NCBI GenBank assembly: GCA_041611735.1
Contig: JBFIML010000001.1
Coordinates: forward strand, 64,001 to 128,000
From: Myxococcota bacterium
GTDB taxonomy: Bacteria > Myxococcota_A > UBA9160 > PR03
Length of the DNA: 64,000 nt
Direction of reading: 5' to 3'
Below, piece after piece: positions 54,693 to 64,000 of the stretch. The notes under the pieces were generated by a model. That model saw only the letters and a list, made by a program, of their open reading frames with translations. It was not told the origin of the DNA and made no database searches. The position numbers were made by a program, and so were the translations under genes. Positions within the stretch are counted from its first letter, which is position 1. Each line of letters begins with the position of its first letter.

Positions 54693-56287
54693 TCGAGAAC
54701 GTCCCTCTCTCCGGCCTGGCGGGCGCGGGTGCGGAGGGTGGTTTCGTCGCGCTCCAGGTGCCAGGCGGAGAGGCCGAGGGCGGCGCAGGCCAGCAGGTTG
54801 ACCACCAGCACGCTGAGCAGCGCGGTGCGCAGACTGCCGAAGAAGTCCGACAGGACGCCGATCGTGTAGGGGCCCAGGGCCAGGCCCACGAACGTGATCA
54901 CCATGATGTAGGCCGCCGAGGCTACCGCCCGCATGCGCGGCAGCACGAGATCCTGGACCGTCGAGGCGCCGACCCCCAGGTACATGGTCGAGATCAGGTT
55001 GAGCGGGAAGACGATCGCGTAGGCGAGAGAGGTGCTCGGCGTGAGGAGCAGCCACACCACGAAGGGGGCCGGCAGCACGGCCGTGAGCATGCCCACGTAC
55101 AAACGGCCCCGCTTCGAACGCTCGCGCCAGCGGTCGGCCACGACTCCCCCGAAGGTCACGCCGAGGAAGCCCGAGACCGCCACCGTCCCGCCCAGCACGA
55201 GGCCGAGCTCGGCGATGGACACCGAGTGGAAACGCAAGAAGAAGGGCGGCAGCCACTGGCCGAAGCCGTAGCCGGTGAAGGCGATCAGCGCGAAGCCGAG
55301 TGCAGCCCAGCGCAGGCTCGGCGTGCCCAGGATCAACGCAGCGGCGGGGCGGTCGCGCAACGCCAGGGACTGGGTCCAGGAGAAGGCCGCGTAGAGTCCG
55401 ATGGCGAGCGCCACCCACTGGGCCGGGTCGCCGGTCAGGCGCACCAGCCCGAAGGCGGCCGCGGCCAGCAGGGCCGCCGCCGTCAGGTTCGCGACGACAC
55501 TGCGGGCCCCGGCGCCGCTGCGCGCCAGGTTCCAGAGCGTGAGGGGCGGCAGCACGGCGCGCAGCTCCCGGAAGAACTCCCGGAAGGGATGCGGCTCCGG
55601 CGCCGTCGGGATGCCGTCCGCCTGGCCGCGCACGGGCTCCCGCAGCGTGCGCACCAGCACGGCGAGGGCCAGCCCCGGAAGTCCCACGGCCAGGAACGCC
55701 ACCTGCCAGCCGCGCAGGCCGAAGGGCGTCGGGCCGTGGGCGTAGGCCGCGTCCCAGCGGTCCACGATCAGGCCGCCGAGGGCCAGGGAGAGGCCGGCGC
55801 CCAGGTAGATCCCGCTCGAGTAGATCGCCAGCACCGTGGCGCGGCGGGCGGGCGGAAAGCAGTCGGAGAGCAGCGAGTAGGCCGCGGGCGATGCGCTCGC
55901 CTCCCCGATTCCCACGCCGATGCGCGCCGCCGCCAGCTGGGTGAAGTTCTGCGCCAGACCCGAGAGGGCGGTCATGGCGCTCCAGAACACCAGCCCGAGG
56001 GCGATCAGGCTGCGGCGGGTCCAGACGTCCGCCAGGCGTCCGAGCGGGATCCCGAACAGCGCGTAGAAGACCGCGAAGGCGGTGCCGTACAGGAAGCCCA
56101 TCTGGGCGTCCGAGAGGCCGAGGTCGGCCTTGATGTGGTCGTTCAGGATGGCCGGGATCTGGCGGTCCACGAAGTTGAGCACGTAGACCAGGACCAGGAC
56201 CCCGAGCACGTAGCGCGCGTAGGCGTCCCCCAGCTGCGCGGGCGGCGAAGCGGGGGCGGGCGCGCCGGGCAGGGTCCCGGGGCTCAA
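54689..56287 (-). CDS. MFS transporter, spinster-like
   Basis: NFVDRQI, GRLADVWTRR, RIGVGIGEA..SPAA.SLLSD; TTG start overlapping the upstream TGA. Confidence 0.9.
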   Translation of the reverse strand: MSPGTLPGAPAPASPPAQLGDAYARYVLGVLVLVYVLNFVDRQIPAILNDHIKADLGLSDAQMGFLYGTAFAVFYALFGIPLGRLADVWTRRSLIALGLVFWSAMTALSGLAQNFTQLAAARIGVGIGEASASPAAYSLLSDCFPPARRATVLAIYSSGIYLGAGLSLALGGLIVDRWDAAYAHGPTPFGLRGWQVAFLAVGLPGLALAVLVRTLREPVRGQADGIPTAPEPHPFREFFRELRAVLPPLTLWNLARSGAGARSVVANLTAAALLAAAAFGLVRLTGDPAQWVALAIGLYAAFSWTQSLALRDRPAAALILGTPSLRWAALGFALIAFTGYGFGQWLPPFFLRFHSVSIAELGLVLGGTVAVSGFLGVTFGGVVADRWRERSKRGRLYVGMLTAVLPAPFVVWLLLTPSTSLAYAIVFPLNLISTMYLGVGASTVQDLVLPRMRAVASAAYIMVITFVGLALGPYTIGVLSDFFGSLRTALLSVLVVNLLACAALGLSAWHLERDETTLRTRARQAGERDVLD

Positions 56288-57288
56288 CGGAACCGGCGCC
56301 CGAGCCAGTCCACCAGGATCCGGTTCAGCTCCTCGGGCTTCTCCTGCTGGGTCCAGTGGCCGCACTCCGGGATCATCACCGTCTCCAGGTCCGGAACCAG
56401 GGCCGGCATGCCGCTCGCCATGGCGGGCGGGAGCGCCAGGTCCCATTCGGAGGTCACCATGAGGCACGGGACCTGGATCCTGGCCACGCCGTAGCCGGGC
56501 ACCGTCTCCCAGTTGCGGTCGAAGTTGCGATACCAGTTGATCCCGCCCGTGAAGCCCGTGCGGGTGAAGACCTGCGTGTAGTGGTCGAGCTCCTCCGGCG
56601 TGAGCAGGACCGCGCCCGGGTTCTCCACCTCGCGGATGCGCCGGAAGGGGTTCATGCCGGCGCCGCCGCGCCCGTCGGTGCGCGGGACCGTTCCCGGGTC
56701 GCGGCGGAAGCCGCGCCGCATCAGCTTCTCGAACACGAGGCGCACGTTGTCGGCCAGCAGGCGGTCGGCCTCGTCCGGGCGCTGGAACCAGAGCAGGTAG
56801 AGGCGCTCGTCGTCCCCGTTCAGGCGCTTGCGCAGGATCTGCATGGGCGGTGCGGGCGGGCGGTGCAGGTACGGCGTGTTGACGCCCACCACTCCGGCGA
56901 CCCGTTCGGGGTGCAGGACCGCCATCCCCCACACCACGAAGCCTCCCCAGTCGTGGCCCACGAAGACCGCCCGCTCGAGCTCCAGGGCGTCCAGGAGCCC
57001 CGCCAGGTCGCCGGTCAGGTGCTGCATGTCGTAGGCCTCGACGGGATCCGGGCGGTCGCTTCCGCCGTAGCCGCGCTGGTCTGGAGCGAGGGCGCGGAAG
57101 CCGGCCGCCGCCAGGGCCGGGAGCTGATGGCGCCAGGAGAAGCCGAGTTCCGGGAAGCCATGACACAGCACGACCGGGAAGCCCTCGCCCTGCTCGTGCA
57201 CCGCCAGGTGGATGCCCGCCTCCGGGCTCGAGTCGGGCAGCAGCAGCTCGGGCAGCACCACGCGGCGGGCAGGGGGGAAGGTGGCCAA
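56284..57288 (-). CDS. Epoxide hydrolase (EphA/soluble EH-like)
   Basis: [32 protein letters not shown]. Confidence 0.9.
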   Translation of the reverse strand: MATFPPARRVVLPELLLPDSSPEAGIHLAVHEQGEGFPVVLCHGFPELGFSWRHQLPALAAAGFRALAPDQRGYGGSDRPDPVEAYDMQHLTGDLAGLLDALELERAVFVGHDWGGFVVWGMAVLHPERVAGVVGVNTPYLHRPPAPPMQILRKRLNGDDERLYLLWFQRPDEADRLLADNVRLVFEKLMRRGFRRDPGTVPRTDGRGGAGMNPFRRIREVENPGAVLLTPEELDHYTQVFTRTGFTGGINWYRNFDRNWETVPGYGVARIQVPCLMVTSEWDLALPPAMASGMPALVPDLETVMIPECGHWTQQEKPEELNRILVDWLGRRFR

Positions 57289-57403
57289 GAGCTTCTCCGG
57301 CGGGCTTCGCTCCGCGGCGTGCCTGCGCTTCCGCAGTATACCCACAGCCCGGCGCCCGCAGGGGTGCTCTGGTACCGTCTTCGTTTCCGGAGGATTTCGC
57401 CCG

Positions 57404-59089
57404 ATGGCCCACCGCAAGCGACCCCTGCCGCGGCCCCGCAGCCGCGCCGTGACCGAGGGCCCGGCGCGGGCCCCGGCCCGGGCGTATCTGCGCGCCGTCG
57501 GTTTCGGTGAGGAGGACTTCGACAAGCCCCAGGTGGGGATCGCCGCTGCTGCCAACGAGGTGACGCCCTGCAACCTGGGACTCGCCGAGCAGGCAGACGC
57601 CGCCAAGGAGGGCGTGCGCGAGGCCGGCGCGGTGGGACTGCGCTTCGACACGATCGCCGTCTCCGACGGGATCGCCATGGGCCACGAGGGCATGCACGCC
57701 TCGCTCGTCTCGCGGGAGGTGATCGCCGATTCCGTCGAGCTGGTGATGCACGCGGAGCGCTTCGATGCGCTGGTGACCCTGGCGGGGTGCGACAAGAGCC
57801 TCCCGGGCATGCTGATGGCCGCCGCGCGCCTGGACCTCCCGTCGGTCTTCCTCTACGGCGGCACGATCCTGCCCGGCTGCTTCCGGGGCCGCGACGTGAA
57901 CATCCAGGACGTCTTCGAGGCGGTGGGCGCCCACGCCGCCGGCCAGATGAGCGACGCGGACCTGCTGGAGCTCGAGCGCGCCGCCTGCCCGAGCACGGGC
58001 TCGTGCGCGGGCATGTTCACCGCCAACACCATGGCGGCGGCCAGCGAGGCCCTCGGCATGGCGCTGCCCGGCTCGGCCTCGGTGCCCTCGCCCGACCCGC
58101 GCCGTCACGCCATTGCCCGCGCCACGGGCCGGGCGGTGGTGGAGGCCCTGGAGCGCGAGCTCAGCCCGCGCCGCATCCTCACCAAGCCGGCCTTCGAGAA
58201 CGCCATCGCCGTGGTCATGGCCCTGGGCGGCTCCACCAACGCGGTGCTGCACCTGCTGGCCATCGCCCACGAGGCGGGCCTGGACCTCGGCCTCGACGAC
58301 TTCGACCGCGTGAGCCGGCGTACGCCGCAGCTTTGCGACCTCAAGCCCTTCGGCCGCTACGTGATGGTCGACCTGGACCGGATCGGCGGCGTGCCCGTGG
58401 TGATGCGCGAGCTGCTGGACCGCGACCGCCTGCACGGCGACGCCCTGACCGTGACGGGCCGCAGCCTGGCCGAGAACCTGGCGTCGGTGCGCTTTCCGAC
58501 CGACCAGGACGTGGTGCACCCGGTCGATGCGCCCCTCATGAAGGAGGGCGGCATGATCGTGCTGCGCGGCACGCTCGCCCCGCACGGCGCCGTCATGAAG
58601 ACCGCCGGCGGAAACCTGCGCCGGCTGGACGGTCCGGCCCGGGTCTTCGACGGCGAGCAGGCCGCCTTCGAGGCGGTCACCCACGGCCGCCTCCAGGCCG
58701 GCTCCGTGATCGTGATCCGCAACGAGGGGCCCCGCGGCGGGCCCGGCATGCGCGAGATGCTGGCGGTGACCGCCGCCGTGAAGGGCACCGGTTTGGGCAG
58801 CGACGTGGCGCTGGTGACCGATGGCCGCTTCTCCGGCGCCACCCACGGCTTCATGATCGCCCACGTGGCGCCCGAGGCGGTGGAGGGAGGTCCGATCGCC
58901 TTCGTGCGCGACGGCGACCGCATCGTGATCGACCCGGAGCGCCGGGTGCTCGACGTGGACGTGCCGGAGGCGGAGCTCGCAAAGCGGCGTCAGGGCTGGC
59001 AGCCGCCGGCCCCGAAGTACGTGCGCGGTGCCATGGCCAAGTACGCCCGCCTCGTGGGGAGCGCATCCCGCGGCGCGGTCTGCGACTAG
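57404..59089 (+). CDS. ilvD: Dihydroxy-acid dehydratase
   Basis: [54 protein letters not shown]. Confidence 0.96.
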   Translation: MAHRKRPLPRPRSRAVTEGPARAPARAYLRAVGFGEEDFDKPQVGIAAAANEVTPCNLGLAEQADAAKEGVREAGAVGLRFDTIAVSDGIAMGHEGMHASLVSREVIADSVELVMHAERFDALVTLAGCDKSLPGMLMAAARLDLPSVFLYGGTILPGCFRGRDVNIQDVFEAVGAHAAGQMSDADLLELERAACPSTGSCAGMFTANTMAAASEALGMALPGSASVPSPDPRRHAIARATGRAVVEALERELSPRRILTKPAFENAIAVVMALGGSTNAVLHLLAIAHEAGLDLGLDDFDRVSRRTPQLCDLKPFGRYVMVDLDRIGGVPVVMRELLDRDRLHGDALTVTGRSLAENLASVRFPTDQDVVHPVDAPLMKEGGMIVLRGTLAPHGAVMKTAGGNLRRLDGPARVFDGEQAAFEAVTHGRLQAGSVIVIRNEGPRGGPGMREMLAVTAAVKGTGLGSDVALVTDGRFSGATHGFMIAHVAPEAVEGGPIAFVRDGDRIVIDPERRVLDVDVPEAELAKRRQGWQPPAPKYVRGAMAKYARLVGSASRGAVCD

Positions 59090-59099
59090 CAGGCGTCGC

Positions 59100-60623
59100 G
59101 TGGAGCTTCCGGTCGCGGCCGTCGCGGTCCGGGAGGTGCCGGCCCCGCCCTCCTGGGAGGCGCTGCGCCAGGGCCTGGCCCGGGCGCCCGGCGCCTGGCT
59201 GCTGGAGAGCACGCTTCCCTCTCCGCGCCTGGGCCGTTTCTCCTTCGCTGGCGCTCGGCCCTACGCCTGGCTGCGTGGCGTCGGGACGCGGCTGCACCTG
59301 GAGCCCCTGCGCCCGGTGCGGCCGGACCTCCCGGCGCGTCCCACGACCTGGCCGGGGGATCCGTTCCAGGCGCTGGCCGCGCTGCGGCCGGCGGCCGTCG
59401 AGGCGGGGCCTGCCGCCGCGGCGCTTCCCTTCGTGGGCGGCGCCGTGGGCTGGCTCGGCTACGAGCTCGCCGCCCGCATCGAACGCGTCGACTTCCCGGG
59501 GCTCGACGACCTGGGCCTGCCGGACCTGGCGTGGGCACTGGTGGATCGCGTGCTGGTCCGTGAGATGCAGAGCGGGCGTCTGTGGGCCTGCGCGCTGGGC
59601 TTCGGGATGGACGCCCGGGGCGCACGCCCGATCGCCGAGCGCGCTGCCGAGGCCCTGGCCGAGGACGTGGCGCGCGGCCGCCCGGAGCGGCTCGGCCTGG
59701 GTTGCGAACCGGAGGCGCCCCCTCGACCCCGCGAAGGGAGACGTCCCGCACGCAGCGCGGCGCCGCTCCGCCTGCGCGATGCTCCGACGGGCCTCGTGCT
59801 CGGCGCCTTCTTCGACGCCGAAGGCTACGCCAAGGCGGTGCACCACCTCCTGGAACGCATCGAGGCCGGCGACGTCTACCAGGCCAACCTGACCCACCGG
59901 CTCGAGGCGGCCTTCGAGGGCGATCCCTGGCGCCTCTACGAGAACCTGGCGCGCCGCAACCCGGCCCCCTTCGCCGCCTACCTGGTGCTTCCGGAGCTGA
60001 CCCTGGTCGGGAGCTCGCCCGAACGCTTCCTTCACCTCCAGCCCGACGGCCGCGTGGAGAGCCGCCCCATCAAGGGGACCCGCCCGCGTGGCGCCAGCTC
60101 CGCCGAGGACGCCGTGCTGCGCCGCGCCCTCGCCGCCTCCGGGAAGGACCAGGCCGAGAACCTGATGATCGTGGACCTCGTGCGCAACGACCTCGGCCGG
60201 GTGTGCGAGATCGGGAGCGTGGCCGTGCCCGAGCTGATGGAGGTGGAGGAGTACGCCACGGTCTTCCAGCTGGTCTCCACGGTGACGGGCCGCCTGCGGC
60301 GCGATCGCGACGTGGCGGACCTCTTGCGTGCAGCGTTCCCACCGGGCTCCATGACCGGCGCCCCCAAGATCGCGGCCATGCAGATCCTCTCCCGTCTCGA
60401 GCCGGTGCGGCGCGGTGTCTACGCGGGCGCCCTGGGCTGGCTCGACGCCCGGGGCAGCGCCGACCTCTGCGTCGTGATCCGCACCGCCCTGGTGCGGGAC
60501 GAGGTCGCCTACCTGCACGTGGGCGGGGCGGTGGTGGCGGACTCGGATCCCCTGGGCGAGTGGCAGGAGTCGCTGGACAAGGCGCGCGCCCTGCTGGACG
60601 CCCTGGCCGTGACGAGGGGTTAG
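59100..60623 (+). CDS. pabB: Aminodeoxychorismate synthase component I
   Basis: LLES, GDVYQANL, SSPERF, PIKGT (Lys typical of PabB rather than TrpE PIAGT), AENLMIVDLVRNDL, FPPGSMTGAPK. Confidence 0.85.
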   Translation: MELPVAAVAVREVPAPPSWEALRQGLARAPGAWLLESTLPSPRLGRFSFAGARPYAWLRGVGTRLHLEPLRPVRPDLPARPTTWPGDPFQALAALRPAAVEAGPAAAALPFVGGAVGWLGYELAARIERVDFPGLDDLGLPDLAWALVDRVLVREMQSGRLWACALGFGMDARGARPIAERAAEALAEDVARGRPERLGLGCEPEAPPRPREGRRPARSAAPLRLRDAPTGLVLGAFFDAEGYAKAVHHLLERIEAGDVYQANLTHRLEAAFEGDPWRLYENLARRNPAPFAAYLVLPELTLVGSSPERFLHLQPDGRVESRPIKGTRPRGASSAEDAVLRRALAASGKDQAENLMIVDLVRNDLGRVCEIGSVAVPELMEVEEYATVFQLVSTVTGRLRRDRDVADLLRAAFPPGSMTGAPKIAAMQILSRLEPVRRGVYAGALGWLDARGSADLCVVIRTALVRDEVAYLHVGGAVVADSDPLGEWQESLDKARALLDALAVTRG

Positions 60624-60710
60624 GGGGCCAGACGAGGTGAAGGAACCGCTTCGCGCCGCGGGACTCGACCGTCTGGGCGTGGCGTCCGCCGGCGACCGCC
60701 ACTGGATCGC

Positions 60711-61100
60711 GTGGGGCCGACGCTGACCGGGGCGCTGGCCGACCTGGTCGTGCTGCTGCACGCGGCCTTCATCGTCTTCGCCGTGGCGGGTGGGCTCCTG
60801 GTCCTGCGCCGGCCGAGGCTGGCGTGGCTGCACCTTCCGGCTGCCGCCTGGGCGGCAGCGGTGGAGCTGGCGGGCTGGATCTGTCCCCTGACCCCCCTCG
60901 AGAACGCCCTGCGCCGCGCCGCTGGCGGTCCCGGCTACCCGACGGACTTCATCGAGCACTACGTGATGCCCCTGGTCTACCCGGCGGGCCTGACCCGCGG
61001 CACCCAGCTCGTGCTCGGTCTCCTGGTGGTGGCGGTGAACGGCGCCGTCTACGCCTGGCTCTGGCGGCGCCGGGCGCGGGCCGGCAGGGCCGCGTGGTAG
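60711..61100 (+). CDS. DUF2784 family membrane protein
   Basis: LHAAF, LHLPA..W, ICPLTPLEN, FIEHY. Confidence 0.88.
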   Translation: MGPTLTGALADLVVLLHAAFIVFAVAGGLLVLRRPRLAWLHLPAAAWAAAVELAGWICPLTPLENALRRAAGGPGYPTDFIEHYVMPLVYPAGLTRGTQLVLGLLVVAVNGAVYAWLWRRRARAGRAAW

Positions 61101-61136
61101 GGTCCCACCCGGCGCCCGAACTCCGGGGAGACGGCC

Positions 61137-61505
61137 ATGCGCCCCTTGGTTCTCGTCACCGGATCGATCCTGGTCGGGCTCGGTCTCGTCGCCCTGGTGC
61201 GGCCCGCCTCGCTCTCGCGCTGGCTGGCATCCTGGCAGCAGGACCGCGCGCTGCGGGCCGCCCTAGCGCTGCGCTTCGGGGTGGGCGCCCTGCTGGTGGC
61301 GGCGGCGCCCCAGTGCCGGGCTCCCCAGGTGGTGCTGGCCCTCGGCCTGCTCGTGCTGCTCTCGGGCCTGGTCGGCGTCTTGCTGGGGGCCGCGCGGCTG
61401 CGGGCCCTGGCCCGCTGGTGGAGCAAGCGGCCCGCCGCCGTGGTGCGGCTGTGGGCGGCGAGCGTGGTGGGCCTCGGCGCCTTCTTCGTGTACGCCGGCA
61501 CGTGA
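61137..61505 (+). CDS. Small 4-TM membrane protein
   Basis: Hydrophobic 122 aa; SD GGGGAG. Confidence 0.7.
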   Translation: MRPLVLVTGSILVGLGLVALVRPASLSRWLASWQQDRALRAALALRFGVGALLVAAAPQCRAPQVVLALGLLVLLSGLVGVLLGAARLRALARWWSKRPAAVVRLWAASVVGLGAFFVYAGT

Positions 61506-61530
61506 GAGCGACGACGCGAGGGAGCGACGC

Positions 61531-62424
61531 GTGCGACCGCTGAGCCGGGCCTTCCTGTGGGTGCTCGTGGCCTACGCGAGCGCCCTGGCCGTGGCGCTCG
61601 CCGTGGGTCGGGCCAGTGGCCTCGACCACCCCATCGCCGTGGCCGCCGCCGCGGACCTGGCCGCCACGCTCGTCGTCTTCGCCTTCAGCTACGCCTTCCG
61701 GAACTCGAGCTTCTACGACCCCTACTGGAGCGTGGCTCCCATCGCGATCGTGGCCTACTGGGCGCTCGGCGCCCAGGCGCCCGGCTCGGACGCACGCCCG
61801 GTGCTGGTGCTCGCCCTGCTGGCGCTCTGGGGCCTGCGCCTCACCGCCAACTGGGCGCGCGGCTGGCAGGGGCTCCACCACGAGGACTGGCGCTACCTGG
61901 ATCTCCAGCAGCGGCACGGTCGTCGCTACTGGTGGGTCAGCCTGTTCGGCATCCACCTGGCGCCCACCGTTTGGGTGTTCCTGGGCTGTCTGCCCGCCTA
62001 TGCGGCCGTGGCGGCGGGCGCGCGCCCCTGGGGCTGGCTCGACGCGCTCGCGCTGCTCGTCACCGCGGGAGCCATCGCCCTCGAGGCTCTGGCCGACGCG
62101 CAGCTCCGCGCCTTCCGGCGCGCAACGCCCCGCTCCGACGCGCTGCTCGACACGGGCCTGTGGGCGTGGTCGCGCCATCCCAACTACCTGGGCGAGATGG
62201 GCTTCTGGTGGGGGCTCTGGCTCTTCGGTCTGGCCGCGGCTCCGGGCTGGTGGTGGACCGTGATCGGGCCCCTCGGGATCACCGGCATGTTCCGCTGGGC
62301 GAGCCTGCCCATGATCGAGGAGCGCATGCGCGCGCGGCGCCCGGGCTTCGCGGCCTACGCGGCGCGCACGCCGCGGGTGATCCCGCGGCCTCCGCGCCGC
62401 CGTGCGCCCCCCGCCTCCTGCTAG
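61531..62424 (+). CDS. DUF1295 (steroid 5-alpha-reductase-like) membrane protein
   Basis: NSSFYDPYWS, WGLRLT, EDWRY, AD.QL, GLWAWSRHPNYLGE. Confidence 0.9.
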   Translation: MRPLSRAFLWVLVAYASALAVALAVGRASGLDHPIAVAAAADLAATLVVFAFSYAFRNSSFYDPYWSVAPIAIVAYWALGAQAPGSDARPVLVLALLALWGLRLTANWARGWQGLHHEDWRYLDLQQRHGRRYWWVSLFGIHLAPTVWVFLGCLPAYAAVAAGARPWGWLDALALLVTAGAIALEALADAQLRAFRRATPRSDALLDTGLWAWSRHPNYLGEMGFWWGLWLFGLAAAPGWWWTVIGPLGITGMFRWASLPMIEERMRARRPGFAAYAARTPRVIPRPPRRRAPPASC

Positions 62425-62449
62425 GGTCGGCCCGGGGTCCAGACGCCGC

Positions 62450-62585
62450 CTGCACGGAAGGGCTCCACGAGTGGCCCTTCGACGCCTCGACGCGGCTGCG
62501 CTTCGCCCTCCACCTGCTCATCCCCATCGGCTCGTGGATCGGCGGCGCCCTGGTGGAGCGCGGCGTCGGGGCGCTGCTCGACTGA
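62450..62585 (+). pseudogene. Orphan 3' fragment of a membrane-protein gene
   Basis: EGLHEWPFDASTRLRFALHLLIPIGSWIGGALVERGVGALLD* looks protein-like, but there is no in-frame start after the DUF1295 stop. Confidence 0.5.
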
Positions 62586-62645
62586 GCGCGGCCCGGCGCC
62601 CCCGGCGCGTCGGTGATAGGCTGTCCGCTTCGAGGAGGAGACCCC

Positions 62646-63470
62646 ATGGCGGCGGAAGCACACGCGTTGCAAGGCCGGACCGCGGTCGTGACCGGGGCAT
62701 CGAGCGGCATCGGGGCAGCCATCGCCGAGCGCTTCGCTGCCGAGGGGGCCCACGTCTTCCTGGCGGGCCGCACCCGGGCCCGCATGGAGGAGACGGCCAA
62801 GCGCATCCGGGAGCGCGGCGGGCAGGCGACGGTGGTCGCCCTCGACGTGCGCGACGTGCGGCAGGTCCAGGAGCTGGTGGAGCAGGCCGTGCACGACACC
62901 GGGCGCCTCGACATCATGGTGAACAACGCGGGGCTCTCCCATCCCCAGAGCATCGTGGACGGGGAGCCGGAGCAGTGGCGCGAGATGCTCGAGGTGAACG
63001 TGCTGGCGCTCCTGGCAGGCTGCCAGGCGGCGATCCGCGCCATGCGCCGGGGCAGCAGCCCGGGGCACCTGGTGAACGTCTCCTCCATCGCCGGCGCCAG
63101 CGAGGCGCGCGGCGTCTACGGCGCCACCAAGGCAGCGGTGGACAGCATCGCCACCCAGCTCCGCAAGGAGCTGGAGGAGGATCCGATCCGCGTGGTGAAC
63201 GTGCGGCCCGGCGCCGTGGCCACGAGCTTCGGGCGCCACTACGATCCGGCGCTGGTGCAAGGCGTGGCGAAGTCCATGGGCATCGAGGCGCAGGTGGAGC
63301 CCGGCGCCCACTGGCCCGATGCCCTGGTGCAGGAGCTCGAACGGAAGGTGCAACCGCAGTTCCTCTCGGCGGACGACGTGGCGCGCGCCGTGCTTTTTGC
63401 GGTGACGCAGCCGCCCCACGTGAACGTCTTCGACGTGGTGGTGCGCCCGCAAAAGGCGCTCAGCATCTAG
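62646..63470 (+). CDS. SDR family oxidoreductase
   Basis: TGASSGIG, NNAG, NVSS, YGATK; SD GAGGAGGAG. Confidence 0.93.
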   Translation: MAAEAHALQGRTAVVTGASSGIGAAIAERFAAEGAHVFLAGRTRARMEETAKRIRERGGQATVVALDVRDVRQVQELVEQAVHDTGRLDIMVNNAGLSHPQSIVDGEPEQWREMLEVNVLALLAGCQAAIRAMRRGSSPGHLVNVSSIAGASEARGVYGATKAAVDSIATQLRKELEEDPIRVVNVRPGAVATSFGRHYDPALVQGVAKSMGIEAQVEPGAHWPDALVQELERKVQPQFLSADDVARAVLFAVTQPPHVNVFDVVVRPQKALSI

Positions 63471-63479
63471 GGGCCGCAC

Positions 63480-64000
<521 letters not shown>

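Overview
Very GC-rich, gene-dense bacterial chromosomal window with about 65 CDS. Gene content and protein families suggest an uncultured Myxococcota/deltaproteobacterial-type organism; that assignment is inference. I found no rRNA, tRNA, CRISPR array, transposase, integrase or prophage gene. The left part holds a translationally coupled minus-strand operon (AsmA/YhdP-like protein, rfaE2, MoxR, DUF58, lipoprotein, BatA-like vWA, BatB/C-like vWA-TPR, BatD-like), followed by an XRE-HTH gene with ptsP, a DUF374 acyltransferase, leuS, ppsR, an MMPL/RND transporter with extra inserts, and aguBA. The centre holds two secreted esterases behind a sigma-54-type promoter and bracketed by perfect palindromes, an E. 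coli-type frdABCD, Hsp20, a secreted His/Arg-rich tandem-repeat protein, two heteromeric acyl-CoA dehydrogenase pairs, and many small membrane/detoxification genes including a decayed NUDIX gene. The right part holds a divergent DHH/CYTH pair, a monoheme cytochrome c-TPR protein, MFS, epoxide hydrolase, ilvD, pabB, SDR and a truncated CoA-transferase/racemase. The most notable observations are the His-rich secreted repeat protein, the palindrome-bracketed sigma-54 esterase cassette, a possible AUU start for ptsP, many apparent leaderless promoters, an SD-occluding inverted repeat ahead of MAPEG, and coupling of the Bat/MoxR system to envelope genes. All calls come from reading motifs by eye; no database searches were run.
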